This document shows, piece after piece, positions 9,465-18,208 of a stretch of 64,000 nt of DNA; the first letter of the stretch is position 1; every line of letters starts with the position of its first letter. The DNA is from a virus (Duplodnaviria; Heunggongvirae; Uroviricota; Caudoviricetes), in the IMG/VR virus record IMGVR_UViG_3300028260_000001, positions 56,333 through 120,332 of that record; one strand, given 5' to 3'. The notes under the pieces are model-generated. The model had not been told where the DNA came from, searched no databases, and was given only the letters and a program-made list of their open reading frames with translations. Made by a program: the position numbers and the translations under genes.

Positions 9465-10934
9465 TTACTCGTCCAGCAGGTGACGCCATTCATCTGGCGG
9501 CGGTGGCAGATAGTCTTCGTGAGCATAGTTCACGATGGTTTCTACTACAGGACCTTGCAGTTCCAGGTTACCGGAGATCTCATGCGGATCGTCGATCGAC
9601 AGTACCCACGTGTGTGGTGCGATTCGCTCAGTCGCGTCAGTCAGATAGTTATCTGGCATCAGGGTCAGGTTGAGCTGGTCACCGTCGAAGTCGGCGTTAG
9701 GTGCTTTCAGACACAGCACAGACATACTGATCGAGTTATCGGTCAGGTCTGTTTTGATCTTCGTGATGAAGAACTGCTGAGTCGAACCACGCTGCAGAGT
9801 CGGGTTACGGTGGAACGTACAGGCTGGACCGATGTTAGGCGATTCAGCGATCAGTTCCAGGAAGATCGCATTCAGGCGATCGTTATACTGCAAGACGTTT
9901 TCATAGAGGAAGCTGAGGGCTTCCATCGTGGTCATGCCTTGACGCTTCAGCTTGTTCAGGATGTGATACTTGAACAGCTGACATGCAACGCCCCAAGGGA
10001 TGTGGAGTTCATCATAACGATGCGGTGCAGAGATCGAAGTAATTACTGCACGAGCGGTGAAGTTGAGTCGACCACCCAGTACGTGACGACGAATCAAACC
10101 AGGCTTCTGAGCGATTCGTTGTTTGTCGTAATCTTCATGGAACTTTGCCATCAACAGCAAAGCTTTTGCAACACGGTTTTGTACAGTGATTGGTTTCAGC
10201 GGAATCGGACTATGTGTAATGCCACCCATAGTCAATGCAGCATCGATTGCTGGACCAATTGGTTTGTCGATATACGAACCCGATGTGGTGGATTCTACGA
10301 CGAAACACAGTTTGGTTGGAATTGGGATTGCTTGTGGGAACAGCTTGTGCTTGTTCTGTACGAGGAATTCATAGAACTCGTGTTTGCCAGTACCGATGAT
10401 ACCGACATCCATACAGAACCGAATGATTGCATCGAAGTTATCGATGAAGTTATTCAGGCCTCTCGGAATGTTCTGTTGCAGCAACCGTTTTACTTTACGG
10501 TCTGTTTCACGGGAAGAGATTGTATTCGCATCAAACTGATACGTCGTATCCATGAAGTACGCTAAGAAGTTAAACTCCTTACCCTGCATGTGACCCAACA
10601 GCATGATCAACAGCTCAGGCGAGATCATTGATCGTACACCTTCTGGTGCTCTCAGCCACATCGATGGAACGATGGGTTGGCTAGCTGTGGATACTACAGG
10701 TGTGCTACACACTTCACAGATCACGCCGAGGTCATAAGCCTCGTCTAAGTGACCACATTCACAACTTGCTGAAACTTCAATAGCATCTACGTTGTCGAAG
10801 TGAGAATACAGAGCTCGTTGGAACTCTTCTTTCGATTCGGTGTTGGATGCATTGTAGTCGTTTGCGAACTTAATTAAACCTCTTTGGCTCGCCAGCATTT
10901 CGTCATGGTCTACGATTTCCGCATGTAGTCCCAA
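9465..10934 (-). CDS. rpoC: Non-virion RNA polymerase beta-prime subunit, N-terminal half (phiKZ gp55-like)
   Basis: Catalytic APNADFDGD, zinc-binding CECG...CEVC, GGRLNFTARAVI and HRNPTLQRGS motifs; TTG start with GAGG RBS; directly downstream of chmA. Confidence 0.92.
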   Translation of the reverse strand: MGLHAEIVDHDEMLASQRGLIKFANDYNASNTESKEEFQRALYSHFDNVDAIEVSASCECGHLDEAYDLGVICEVCSTPVVSTASQPIVPSMWLRAPEGVRSMISPELLIMLLGHMQGKEFNFLAYFMDTTYQFDANTISSRETDRKVKRLLQQNIPRGLNNFIDNFDAIIRFCMDVGIIGTGKHEFYEFLVQNKHKLFPQAIPIPTKLCFVVESTTSGSYIDKPIGPAIDAALTMGGITHSPIPLKPITVQNRVAKALLLMAKFHEDYDKQRIAQKPGLIRRHVLGGRLNFTARAVITSISAPHRYDELHIPWGVACQLFKYHILNKLKRQGMTTMEALSFLYENVLQYNDRLNAIFLELIAESPNIGPACTFHRNPTLQRGSTQQFFITKIKTDLTDNSISMSVLCLKAPNADFDGDQLNLTLMPDNYLTDATERIAPHTWVLSIDDPHEISGNLELQGPVVETIVNYAHEDYLPPPPDEWRHLLDE

Positions 10935-10970
10935 TTATTACCTCGACACAATGAACAAAAAAGAAATAAG

Positions 10971-10994
10971 AGTGGCTCCCCGAAGGGAGCCATT
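10971..10994 (-). terminator. Intrinsic terminator after chmA
   Basis: TGGCTCCC-TTCG-GGGAGCCA hairpin followed by a T-rich tract. Confidence 0.75.
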
Positions 10995-11120
10995 CCTATC
11001 TATCTAACCAACCAGTTTCCCGGTTGTTGGTGGTTGAGGACACTGTGACCCGATTAGGATCACGAGCTCGTCATGGGGCAGGGCGATCTTAATCGCGCAC
11101 CCTACCACCGGTGCCAGATC

Positions 11121-13019
11121 TTAGTACATCAGACCAGTCGAACCGCCAACTTGTGGCAGGTGCTGGTTTTGGTTCTGGATGTAGGTAGCAACGTTCGCAA
11201 CACCTTGAACGTTCATGCCAGCCAGACCCATGTTGCCTTGGAAGCGCTGACCACCGAACACGGAGCCGATGTTGTCCATGGTAACCGCGATGCCAGCTTT
11301 CTGCTGTGCGGCGTCCATAGCTGCAACCAGTTTCGGGTTCATGATGGCACGGGTAACACGACCAGCGTAGGTCACGTTGCCCAGGTACTGCTTGTCGTAC
11401 TGCTCGGACTTCTTCAGACGAACTTCAGGGTGAACGTTCGGGTTGCACTTGGCACCGTACCAGTCCATGAACTCAGCAACGACGCCGTCGCACGCGTTCA
11501 GAGCGTAAAGGGTGTCGAGGTCACGGCGGTCACGCTTCTCGCCGTTTTCGTCAGGGTAGTAGCCCAGGTGGAAGTCAGTGCCGTATGGACGGAACAGCCA
11601 CTCGTTGGCGATGTCGAACACGGAGGTGAAGTTATCACGACCGTACAGGTTGCACAGGATGCGGATGATGCCAGCCTTAGCAGCTTGTTCGTTCACGCCA
11701 CCCATCGAATCGATGATCATGGTTTCGATGAACGAGTTGTCGCCCATGCGGTCCAGGTCCAGCATGATGACTGGATGCTGTTGCACTTGGGAGAACATCA
11801 GACCAGCGAAGTCTGCTTCGGTGAAGGTATCGGACTTGGTCTCTACCTTGGTAGCAGCAGCGGTCAGGTAACCGACAGCACCGATGTCACGTGGATCTTT
11901 GATGCGACCGATGGTTGGCAGGAACTGCTTAGCCCAGCCTTGACCGTTGGTTGCACGGAAGGCGTTACCCAGCGAGAAGAAGTACATCTCAGGGGTGTTA
12001 GCCATGATCCAGTTAGCTTGCTTGACCGCGGTAACGACCAGAGCAGGCATGAACGGAGCAGGTACTGGACCTTGTGGCATGCCGTAGACTTGTTGTACTT
12101 GCTGAGGCGCGTACTCGAGGTCGACGAACATGGCTACCGAGTTCAGCTGGGAGTCAGCATCGTAGTACTCGTTTTCCTGAACGTTCTGGCCTTGCTTCTT
12201 ACGACGCTGCAGGGTCACGACCAGGTCGGAACGCTGTGGCAGACCGGTGTTCGATTCGACTTGTGCACCGGAGTAGTCGATGGTGGCAGCCAGGATTTCG
12301 TCAGCGGACTGCATGTCTTGAGCCAGGGAGAACGGACGTTCGTCGCTCAGGCGAGCCATGGTGTCTTCGACGGAGTTGACCGACTTGATCAGCAGGTTAC
12401 GGACAGCCACTTTGTCTTCGAAATCGAATTCGGCGTGGATGGCTTGTGGACCGGCGTTGAATACGTCGGCACCTGGGTGACCGGTAACTTGGCGAACGTG
12501 TGCAACGACACGCGACCAGTACAGCGGGGTGAAGATGTCCGATGCGTCTGGCTTGGCTTCGAACTTGTCGAAGGTGCTGAAGCCGTTGGCGATCTGGAAG
12601 GTCTTCGGCTTGATGGCAACCGAACCGTCAACGATCGGCAGAGCCTTAACCAGAATGGCTGGCTTACCACGGTTGTCGACCAGTTTCAGAACCAGGATCG
12701 AAGCCATGGCTACTTGGTGCTGGGTACGGTCGAAGCGGAACAGGTGGAAGCTGTCAGCCAGGTCTTGTTGCTCGATGGCTTCGGCACGAGCTTCGCTGAA
12801 TGCGACGAATGCTTTGGTGGTACGGGCATCATTACCATCGGCACGACCCGAACGGCTGAAGCGAGAGTTGATGGAGCTGATACCGCTGGAAACTGGGAGT
12901 GGTGCTTGCATTTGCTGTGCTGCCTGAGGTTGTGGGGTTTGCGGTGCAACGTACTGCTGTTGGGCTGCTGCGGCTGCTACTGGGGTTTGTGCTGCTTGGT
13001 TGCTCTTGTTTACCGACAT
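11121..13019 (-). CDS. chmA: Chimallin, the major phage-nucleus shell protein
   Basis: 632 aa; segments INSRFSRSG, AIEQQDLADSF.LFRFDRTQHQV, NLLIKSVN, ANTPEMYFFSLGNAF and EKRDRRDLDTL match recalled 201phi2-1 gp105; Gln/Ala/Pro-rich N-tail; upstream of the beta-prime gene. Confidence 0.95.
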   Translation of the reverse strand: MSVNKSNQAAQTPVAAAAAQQQYVAPQTPQPQAAQQMQAPLPVSSGISSINSRFSRSGRADGNDARTTKAFVAFSEARAEAIEQQDLADSFHLFRFDRTQHQVAMASILVLKLVDNRGKPAILVKALPIVDGSVAIKPKTFQIANGFSTFDKFEAKPDASDIFTPLYWSRVVAHVRQVTGHPGADVFNAGPQAIHAEFDFEDKVAVRNLLIKSVNSVEDTMARLSDERPFSLAQDMQSADEILAATIDYSGAQVESNTGLPQRSDLVVTLQRRKKQGQNVQENEYYDADSQLNSVAMFVDLEYAPQQVQQVYGMPQGPVPAPFMPALVVTAVKQANWIMANTPEMYFFSLGNAFRATNGQGWAKQFLPTIGRIKDPRDIGAVGYLTAAATKVETKSDTFTEADFAGLMFSQVQQHPVIMLDLDRMGDNSFIETMIIDSMGGVNEQAAKAGIIRILCNLYGRDNFTSVFDIANEWLFRPYGTDFHLGYYPDENGEKRDRRDLDTLYALNACDGVVAEFMDWYGAKCNPNVHPEVRLKKSEQYDKQYLGNVTYAGRVTRAIMNPKLVAAMDAAQQKAGIAVTMDNIGSVFGGQRFQGNMGLAGMNVQGVANVATYIQNQNQHLPQVGGSTGLMY

Positions 13020-13091
13020 GCTACTGGTTCCTTTACGAATTCGTTCTCTTGATCAAGAAAGGACATTCCATATACTGGAGAGTGTCCAAGT

Positions 13092-13116
13092 AGTTATATA
13101 GATCTGAGATTTTTTT
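13092..13116 (-). promoter_or_regulatory. Early promoter for chmA
   Basis: Minus strand AAAAAAATCTCAGATCTATATAACT. Confidence 0.8.
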
Positions 13117-13293
13117 GACTCAGGCAATATAACTACAGCGCAATAAGCGCTAATGGTTCAGACGGGTTTGTCTGCTATATGATTACATACAAACACCATT
13201 TAGTTTCAAACCCATCTGTAGTGTGGGCCATACACTTTAACATTCAATCACCTTTCGGCAATCTCCTGTATTAAATGATAGCGCTCAGTATTT

Positions 13294-14703
13294 TTATCCG
13301 CGAGTACCATACAGACCCAGGTCACCTGCAAGGTGAGACTGGTGCATGTCTTGACGAGCTTGGCTAGTCGAGAACACGGCATCGAACGCGGTACGAACTT
13401 GTGGGTTCTGTTGACGCTGGCGGTTCAGTACACGGATACCGAGTTGATCCAGCAGTTCGCCAGTCAGACGGCTGACGTTTTCTTCGGTAGAATCTTCACC
13501 GAGGAACTCGATAGCAACACCACGCAGACGCTGCATTGCTTCACCGATGCCCAGTTTGGAAACTTGAGCAGTCATTTCGTCCAGAGCTTTGTTCAGCTTC
13601 TCTTGACGCTGTTGTTCGGTAGTAGCACCAGACTGAACAATTTGGTTTTCTTGAGTACCCAAGATACGGGTGTTCATGCCAGTGATTGCTTCGTTGATGA
13701 TACCCATACCTTCTTTAACGCCGACTTCACGGTTGAGGACCTTCTTAGCGATGTAGTGCTTGAAGATCGCCAGCTCATAGATGTCGTTGATGGCACCTGC
13801 CTGGATGGACTCAGGGCGGGCTTGGTATTGCATCAGTTTCTGCATGCGTGCAATCACGCGGCGCTGTTGACGCAGCAGTTCCTGGCCATCGTAGTTTGCC
13901 AGCAGACCAGCCAGTTGTTCCACGTGACCAGGGATCAGCTTGGAAGTGATGAAGTTCTGCAGTGTTTCATCAGAAGCAGCGATCTTCACTTCTTCTGGGA
14001 TAGGTTCCAATGCAGGCTGAGGTTTAGCACGCGGACCACCACGGCCCAAACGAGCGATCAGTTCTTGTACTTGTTCCGGCGACATGGCTGGAACACCGAA
14101 AATACCTTCAGTCAGGAACTTCGGCAGGATCTGTTCGATACCGCGTTCAGCTTGGTTCTCTGGACGCTGGCCACGGGTGATAGCTGCCTGTTGTGCTTCA
14201 GGCGAGAAAGCCGAAGGGCGATCGAAGAAACCACCCTTGCCTTGGAGTTGATTTTCGAGATCAGCGGTGGATAGAGCACCGAGCATCATGCCCAGGAATT
14301 CACGGAAACCTTCTTCGGATGGGTGCTGCAGTTGCGACTGTGCCATTACTTTCTTGCCTTTTTCCATGAGGGATTCTTCAGTTACTGGAGCCTGGGTTAC
14401 GGGGCGGAAATCAGTGAACTGAGGGAGTTCTGCTGCTTGTTTTGCAAGCAGTTGTAGCAGGGGATGGTTTTGGTCAATCTCCGATGCCGGACGTGACTGA
14501 ATCGACATACCAGCCGAACGTTGGTTGCACTGACCGCAAGCGCAAGCTTGTGCACGGGAGAGTTCAGTTTGACCGTAATCCATTGTAATGCCCTTTGTTG
14601 GAGAAGAATTGTAAGGATGCTGCTTTACTGCTTCGAGGAACTCAGCTTCGGTTCCTTTATAGCCAATACTGCGTGCAATTTCAAATGCACTAGGTGCCAT
14701 CAT
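13294..14703 (-). CDS. Hypothetical protein (469 aa), Gln-rich and helical
   Basis: Start MMAPSAFE at 14703 with AAAGGA RBS and an early promoter upstream. Confidence 0.7.
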   Translation of the reverse strand: MMAPSAFEIARSIGYKGTEAEFLEAVKQHPYNSSPTKGITMDYGQTELSRAQACACGQCNQRSAGMSIQSRPASEIDQNHPLLQLLAKQAAELPQFTDFRPVTQAPVTEESLMEKGKKVMAQSQLQHPSEEGFREFLGMMLGALSTADLENQLQGKGGFFDRPSAFSPEAQQAAITRGQRPENQAERGIEQILPKFLTEGIFGVPAMSPEQVQELIARLGRGGPRAKPQPALEPIPEEVKIAASDETLQNFITSKLIPGHVEQLAGLLANYDGQELLRQQRRVIARMQKLMQYQARPESIQAGAINDIYELAIFKHYIAKKVLNREVGVKEGMGIINEAITGMNTRILGTQENQIVQSGATTEQQRQEKLNKALDEMTAQVSKLGIGEAMQRLRGVAIEFLGEDSTEENVSRLTGELLDQLGIRVLNRQRQQNPQVRTAFDAVFSTSQARQDMHQSHLAGDLGLYGTRG

Positions 14704-14732
14704 GTTTCCTTTAGTCTCGGTATATCCAATGA

Positions 14733-14752
14733 TGTGATATAGATTTGAAATT
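14733..14752 (-). promoter_or_regulatory. Early promoter motif
   Basis: Minus strand AATTTCAAATCTATATCACA. Confidence 0.7.
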
Positions 14753-14772
14753 ATTTGCAATGGAACTCAACA

Positions 14773-15852
14773 ATGTACGCACTCTTCCGAGAAGACCCAA
14801 TTGGTAGCAAGGGGGTCACGTATGATCCCAAACGTCCGTATATCCAACGCCAAGTGCGACAGCAGATCCAGGACGTAACAAACTACTATCGGCGATTTCC
14901 GAAGATAGTGGACAGCACGAATTTGATTGCAATGATTCTTAATCACTTCGTATTGGAGTACAGAAGCGATGATGCCCAATGGGCAAAGAAAGTGGAAGAC
15001 CAAGCTAGAGGTCTAATACGCACGCTTGGTTTATGCGATGCTATTAATAAAGGAAAGATCTTCGACCGTGGAGCCACATTAGGTCCACAATGTGAAGAGG
15101 TTGTTATTTCCTCTATCGAACGGTTTGACACCACTGGATTAAAAGCTAAGTGGCGTGACCTGAAACCGCTCCGCTATTTGTATCACACGCGCAGTGACAT
15201 TAACTTGCCGATCATGAACAACAAAACACCAGGTCGAGGCTATGGCGTATTGTCGATCAATATCCCAATGTTGCTAGTGCAGTATCGCCATTGGGTATAT
15301 GCTAACTTAGGACCCGTAGACCCAGAAGAAATCAATCTGTACAAGTTTATTGGTTCTTACGCTTTAGTGAATTGTTTGGAATCCTATTTGGAGATTGCGT
15401 ATTTCAATCGGCTATCGCGTATGGCTTACAAAATGCCTACCACGAAATACCCACTACCGCATCCATTCTACATTCCAGACCTCACCCCGGTTACAGACGC
15501 TATGGCTAAGAATACACTTAGTCAACGGGCAATGCGTACGGGGATGATTGTAGAACTCGCACAGATGACTCCGATGTTACTGAAGGATTCACTGTACGAA
15601 GTATTGCAATTACCGAAAGGTCCAGTTACTACGCAAAACGAATGGGCACTGGCAATAGCACGAGTTCCGTTTATCAAGTATTTGGTAGATAGCGTTAAAC
15701 AAGCGCCATCTTTCGATCGCACTCAGACCAACGAAGTTCTACATGAACTCCGTGAGTCTATCCATTCTCAAGTGTTTAAGCAGCATGGGAATTCTCCAAT
15801 GATGCAGAACCTGATTAAAGATGTAGAAGCACTGATTCGAGAACTGACATAA
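14773..15852 (+). CDS. Conserved protein, probably virion-associated (phiKZ gp52 position)
   Basis: 359-aa plus-strand ORF inside a minus-strand block; product inferred only from synteny. Confidence 0.5.
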   Translation: MYALFREDPIGSKGVTYDPKRPYIQRQVRQQIQDVTNYYRRFPKIVDSTNLIAMILNHFVLEYRSDDAQWAKKVEDQARGLIRTLGLCDAINKGKIFDRGATLGPQCEEVVISSIERFDTTGLKAKWRDLKPLRYLYHTRSDINLPIMNNKTPGRGYGVLSINIPMLLVQYRHWVYANLGPVDPEEINLYKFIGSYALVNCLESYLEIAYFNRLSRMAYKMPTTKYPLPHPFYIPDLTPVTDAMAKNTLSQRAMRTGMIVELAQMTPMLLKDSLYEVLQLPKGPVTTQNEWALAIARVPFIKYLVDSVKQAPSFDRTQTNEVLHELRESIHSQVFKQHGNSPMMQNLIKDVEALIRELT

Positions 15853-15872
15853 GGCTACCCCGAAGGGTAGCC
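15853..15872. terminator. Terminator between convergent genes
   Basis: GGCTACCC-CGAA-GGGTAGCC hairpin. Confidence 0.65.
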
Positions 15873-15881
15873 ATTATGGCG

Positions 15882-16142
15882 TCAATCGTTTTTACCTGCC
15901 ATTACTTCAGCGGGTGTGTACTCAGGTGCCCAGATGTCACGGATACGTTCTGAACGATCCCACATCTCTGAGATTGTACGTTCGCGGTGGTTGGGTTGTG
16001 CACGCTTGATACCAGACCATACTGCATCCGCCAACACGGCACCAGAACCAGCTTTCAGACTATGGTCTTGCCATCCGACTGGTTTCTTGCGTGGCTTCTT
16101 TTGCTTACGCGGCTTTGGTTTGTTCTTCTTCAACGACGTCAC
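15882..16142 (-). CDS. Small basic hypothetical protein
   Basis: 86 aa, Lys-rich N-terminus. Confidence 0.5.
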   Translation of the reverse strand: MTSLKKNKPKPRKQKKPRKKPVGWQDHSLKAGSGAVLADAVWSGIKRAQPNHRERTISEMWDRSERIRDIWAPEYTPAEVMAGKND

Positions 16143-16977
16143 CCTGAGCTACTTGATCGAGTTGTGCTTCGACTGCGGCTGGATCAACTTCTGCACCTTC
16201 GTAGGCAACGTAGTCTTCCACTTTGGTCTTGTCCCATTCGACTTGCAGGTTCAGGTCCAGATCTTGTTCTTCACCAGCTTCTTTGGTGAGGATCATGTAG
16301 TGCTTGTAGATGAAGTACTCGTAGACCTGTTCCAGGGTACGCGATTGACCCTGTACATCGGTCATCAGTGTCGGGTTAGCTTCCACAGTTGGTTTAGGGA
16401 AGAAGTCATGGCACTTGGTTTCAGGCTTGGCAGTGAAGAATGCTTCAGCTTGACGTTGACCCAGCAGTGAAGTCAGTTCAGCCTTGGCGCGTTGAGCAGC
16501 GTGAATCTGACGAGCTTGTTGCGGAGTACGGATCGAGTGAGCGTACAGCTTATTCATGATGTGGCTGGTCTGAGCCTGACGCTGTGCGTTCTTGATGTAG
16601 CCACGCATTTGCTTTTGCAGGATCTTTTGTTGCTTGAGTTGTTTCTTGGTCAGGGGTTTGGTAGGAGTCTGGGTTTTAGCCACGACTTCTTCCAGGGATT
16701 CTTTTACTACGTCGTCACCACCCAGAGCTTGTTTGGCGGATTCGAAAGCACGCAGTTGTTCAGTGGTGATCGCTTGTTGTTCCGATGCAGCCATGATGTC
16801 CAGTTTCTGAGTTACGTCTTGCATGATGCCTTTTTCCTTGAGGGTATTGTTAATCGCGAAGCCGCTCATCAAGCTGGCTTGTTCTTGGCGATAGATCTTT
16901 TCGAGGTGTTGTTCAGCTGCAGCCCATTCTTCGGCTTCAGTCGGTTCGTAGTCATCTACATTCAATGGGGCTGTCAA
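16105..16977 (-). CDS. Hypothetical protein
   Basis: 290 aa, Gln/Glu/Ala-rich. Confidence 0.6.
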   Translation of the reverse strand: MTAPLNVDDYEPTEAEEWAAAEQHLEKIYRQEQASLMSGFAINNTLKEKGIMQDVTQKLDIMAASEQQAITTEQLRAFESAKQALGGDDVVKESLEEVVAKTQTPTKPLTKKQLKQQKILQKQMRGYIKNAQRQAQTSHIMNKLYAHSIRTPQQARQIHAAQRAKAELTSLLGQRQAEAFFTAKPETKCHDFFPKPTVEANPTLMTDVQGQSRTLEQVYEYFIYKHYMILTKEAGEEQDLDLNLQVEWDKTKVEDYVAYEGAEVDPAAVEAQLDQVAQGDVVEEEQTKAA

Positions 16978-16982
16978 GTAAA

Positions 16983-17378
16983 TTAAACCTTGTTCGGATT
17001 GTAATTTTCCAACTCAGCAAATGCCAGGTCGAGATTGGCCATTGCCGCTTTGTGTCGATGCTGTTCACAGAGTCGGCTTTCTTCGAGGTCTTTCAACAGA
17101 CGTGTCTTAGCCAGCGGTACGTCTAGGATTTCCAGTTCGGACCAACCTTGGAATTCCCCAACCGACCAGTGTTGAACGTTCTGGACGTAACCGCCTTCGT
17201 TCCGTACACGTAGACTGAGTCCGTTGGTGTGGTCGCAATTTATTACCGTTGCGTCATACCACTTCTTTCGAATTAAGCCAACGTCCTTCAGTATTTTCGA
17301 ACTGCACATCGGACGCCAGCGAACTTTCTCGCCTTCACGCAAGATGATGTTGTAATTAGAATTCATGTAACCCCTCAT
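16983..17378 (-). CDS. Hypothetical protein
   Basis: 131 aa ORF. Confidence 0.55.
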   Translation of the reverse strand: MRGYMNSNYNIILREGEKVRWRPMCSSKILKDVGLIRKKWYDATVINCDHTNGLSLRVRNEGGYVQNVQHWSVGEFQGWSELEILDVPLAKTRLLKDLEESRLCEQHRHKAAMANLDLAFAELENYNPNKV

Positions 17379-17381
17379 AAA

Positions 17382-17399
17382 GCTCTCCCGAAGGAGAGC
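17382..17399 (-). terminator. Intrinsic terminator
   Basis: GCTCTCC-TTCG-GGAGAGC followed by TTTATG. Confidence 0.7.
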
Positions 17400-17404
17400 C
17401 CTAG

Positions 17405-18208
17405 TTAATCGTATTTGCGAACAATCCGACGGAAGAACTCGTTCAGCGGTTCATCGTCTGGTTTCTCTGTATCTGGTGATATGACCTTACCATATTCATC
17501 GAGTTTCGACTCAATGAATCGATCGAGTTCTACCAGGTGTGGACCTTTACGAGTTTCTTCACCTCCACGCTTCATACGCATGAGTTCATCCATGGCGTGT
17601 TGGAGCGCTGGCGGCGGAGCATAGTCTTCAACCAACTTGTAATATTCGGTTGGAGGCATTGTGCCATTCTTACGGGTCCACTCTACCGCAAAGATCGGAC
17701 GCAGACAATAGAAGTATTTCTTATAGATGACTTCTTCTTCATCTAAGATGAAACGACGGTGAGTGTTATACACCATCGCCATGTAATGACCCAGTGCAGC
17801 TTCTGGTTTGAACCGACTGAGTGCCAGTTCTCTCAGTTCATCACGTTCTTCCCGATACATGTACACCAGAGGTGATGCAAGCCACTCCAGCAACGCTGGG
17901 TTAGACTTACGCATCAAGCCTAGGGTTTTACCCAGCGACCAACCAGACATGTCAAGATCGAGTTCTGGGATCTGTCGATCAATTACTGGACGTTGACTAT
18001 CTAGGTTTAAATGCCAATCAATCTTCGGTACGTAAACAAAACGCACATCGAAGTCTGAGTTAGTAGAAGCGAAGCCCCAAGCACGACTACCCGATTCACA
18101 TGCATACAGAATCGTGACGTTGTGCTCTTCTTCAATTGCTTTGAGTTCTTGCAGAACCCGCGCCCGTATTTCTACAGGCATGGGATGAACAGTATCCAGA
18201 TCCATCAA
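17405..18208 (-). CDS. DNA polymerase beta-superfamily nucleotidyltransferase (PF10127/YcgL/RlaP-like)
   Basis: Signature ILYACESGSRAWGFASTNSDFDVRFVY, plus SNP.LLEWL.SP.VY and KKYFY.LRP motifs. Confidence 0.88.
   Translation of the reverse strand: MMDLDTVHPMPVEIRARVLQELKAIEEEHNVTILYACESGSRAWGFASTNSDFDVRFVYVPKIDWHLNLDSQRPVIDRQIPELDLDMSGWSLGKTLGLMRKSNPALLEWLASPLVYMYREERDELRELALSRFKPEAALGHYMAMVYNTHRRFILDEEEVIYKKYFYCLRPIFAVEWTRKNGTMPPTEYYKLVEDYAPPPALQHAMDELMRMKRGGEETRKGPHLVELDRFIESKLDEYGKVISPDTEKPDDEPLNEFFRRIVRKYD

Noticed and set aside
1-13019. Phage-nucleus gene block (chmA, chmC, picA, nvRNAP subunits) as the novel system
   Set aside because: It is striking but already described for Chimalliviridae, so it is reported under features only.
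11073-13052. 659-aa plus-strand ORF opposite chmA, and similar long antisense ORFs (4-1590, 13333-14274, 28275-29210, 39162-40559, 52577-54436, 55157-56029)
   Set aside because: They lie exactly antisense to well-supported genes, have no RBS or recognisable motifs, and are expected from codon bias (few TTA/CTA/TCA codons) in the real gene.
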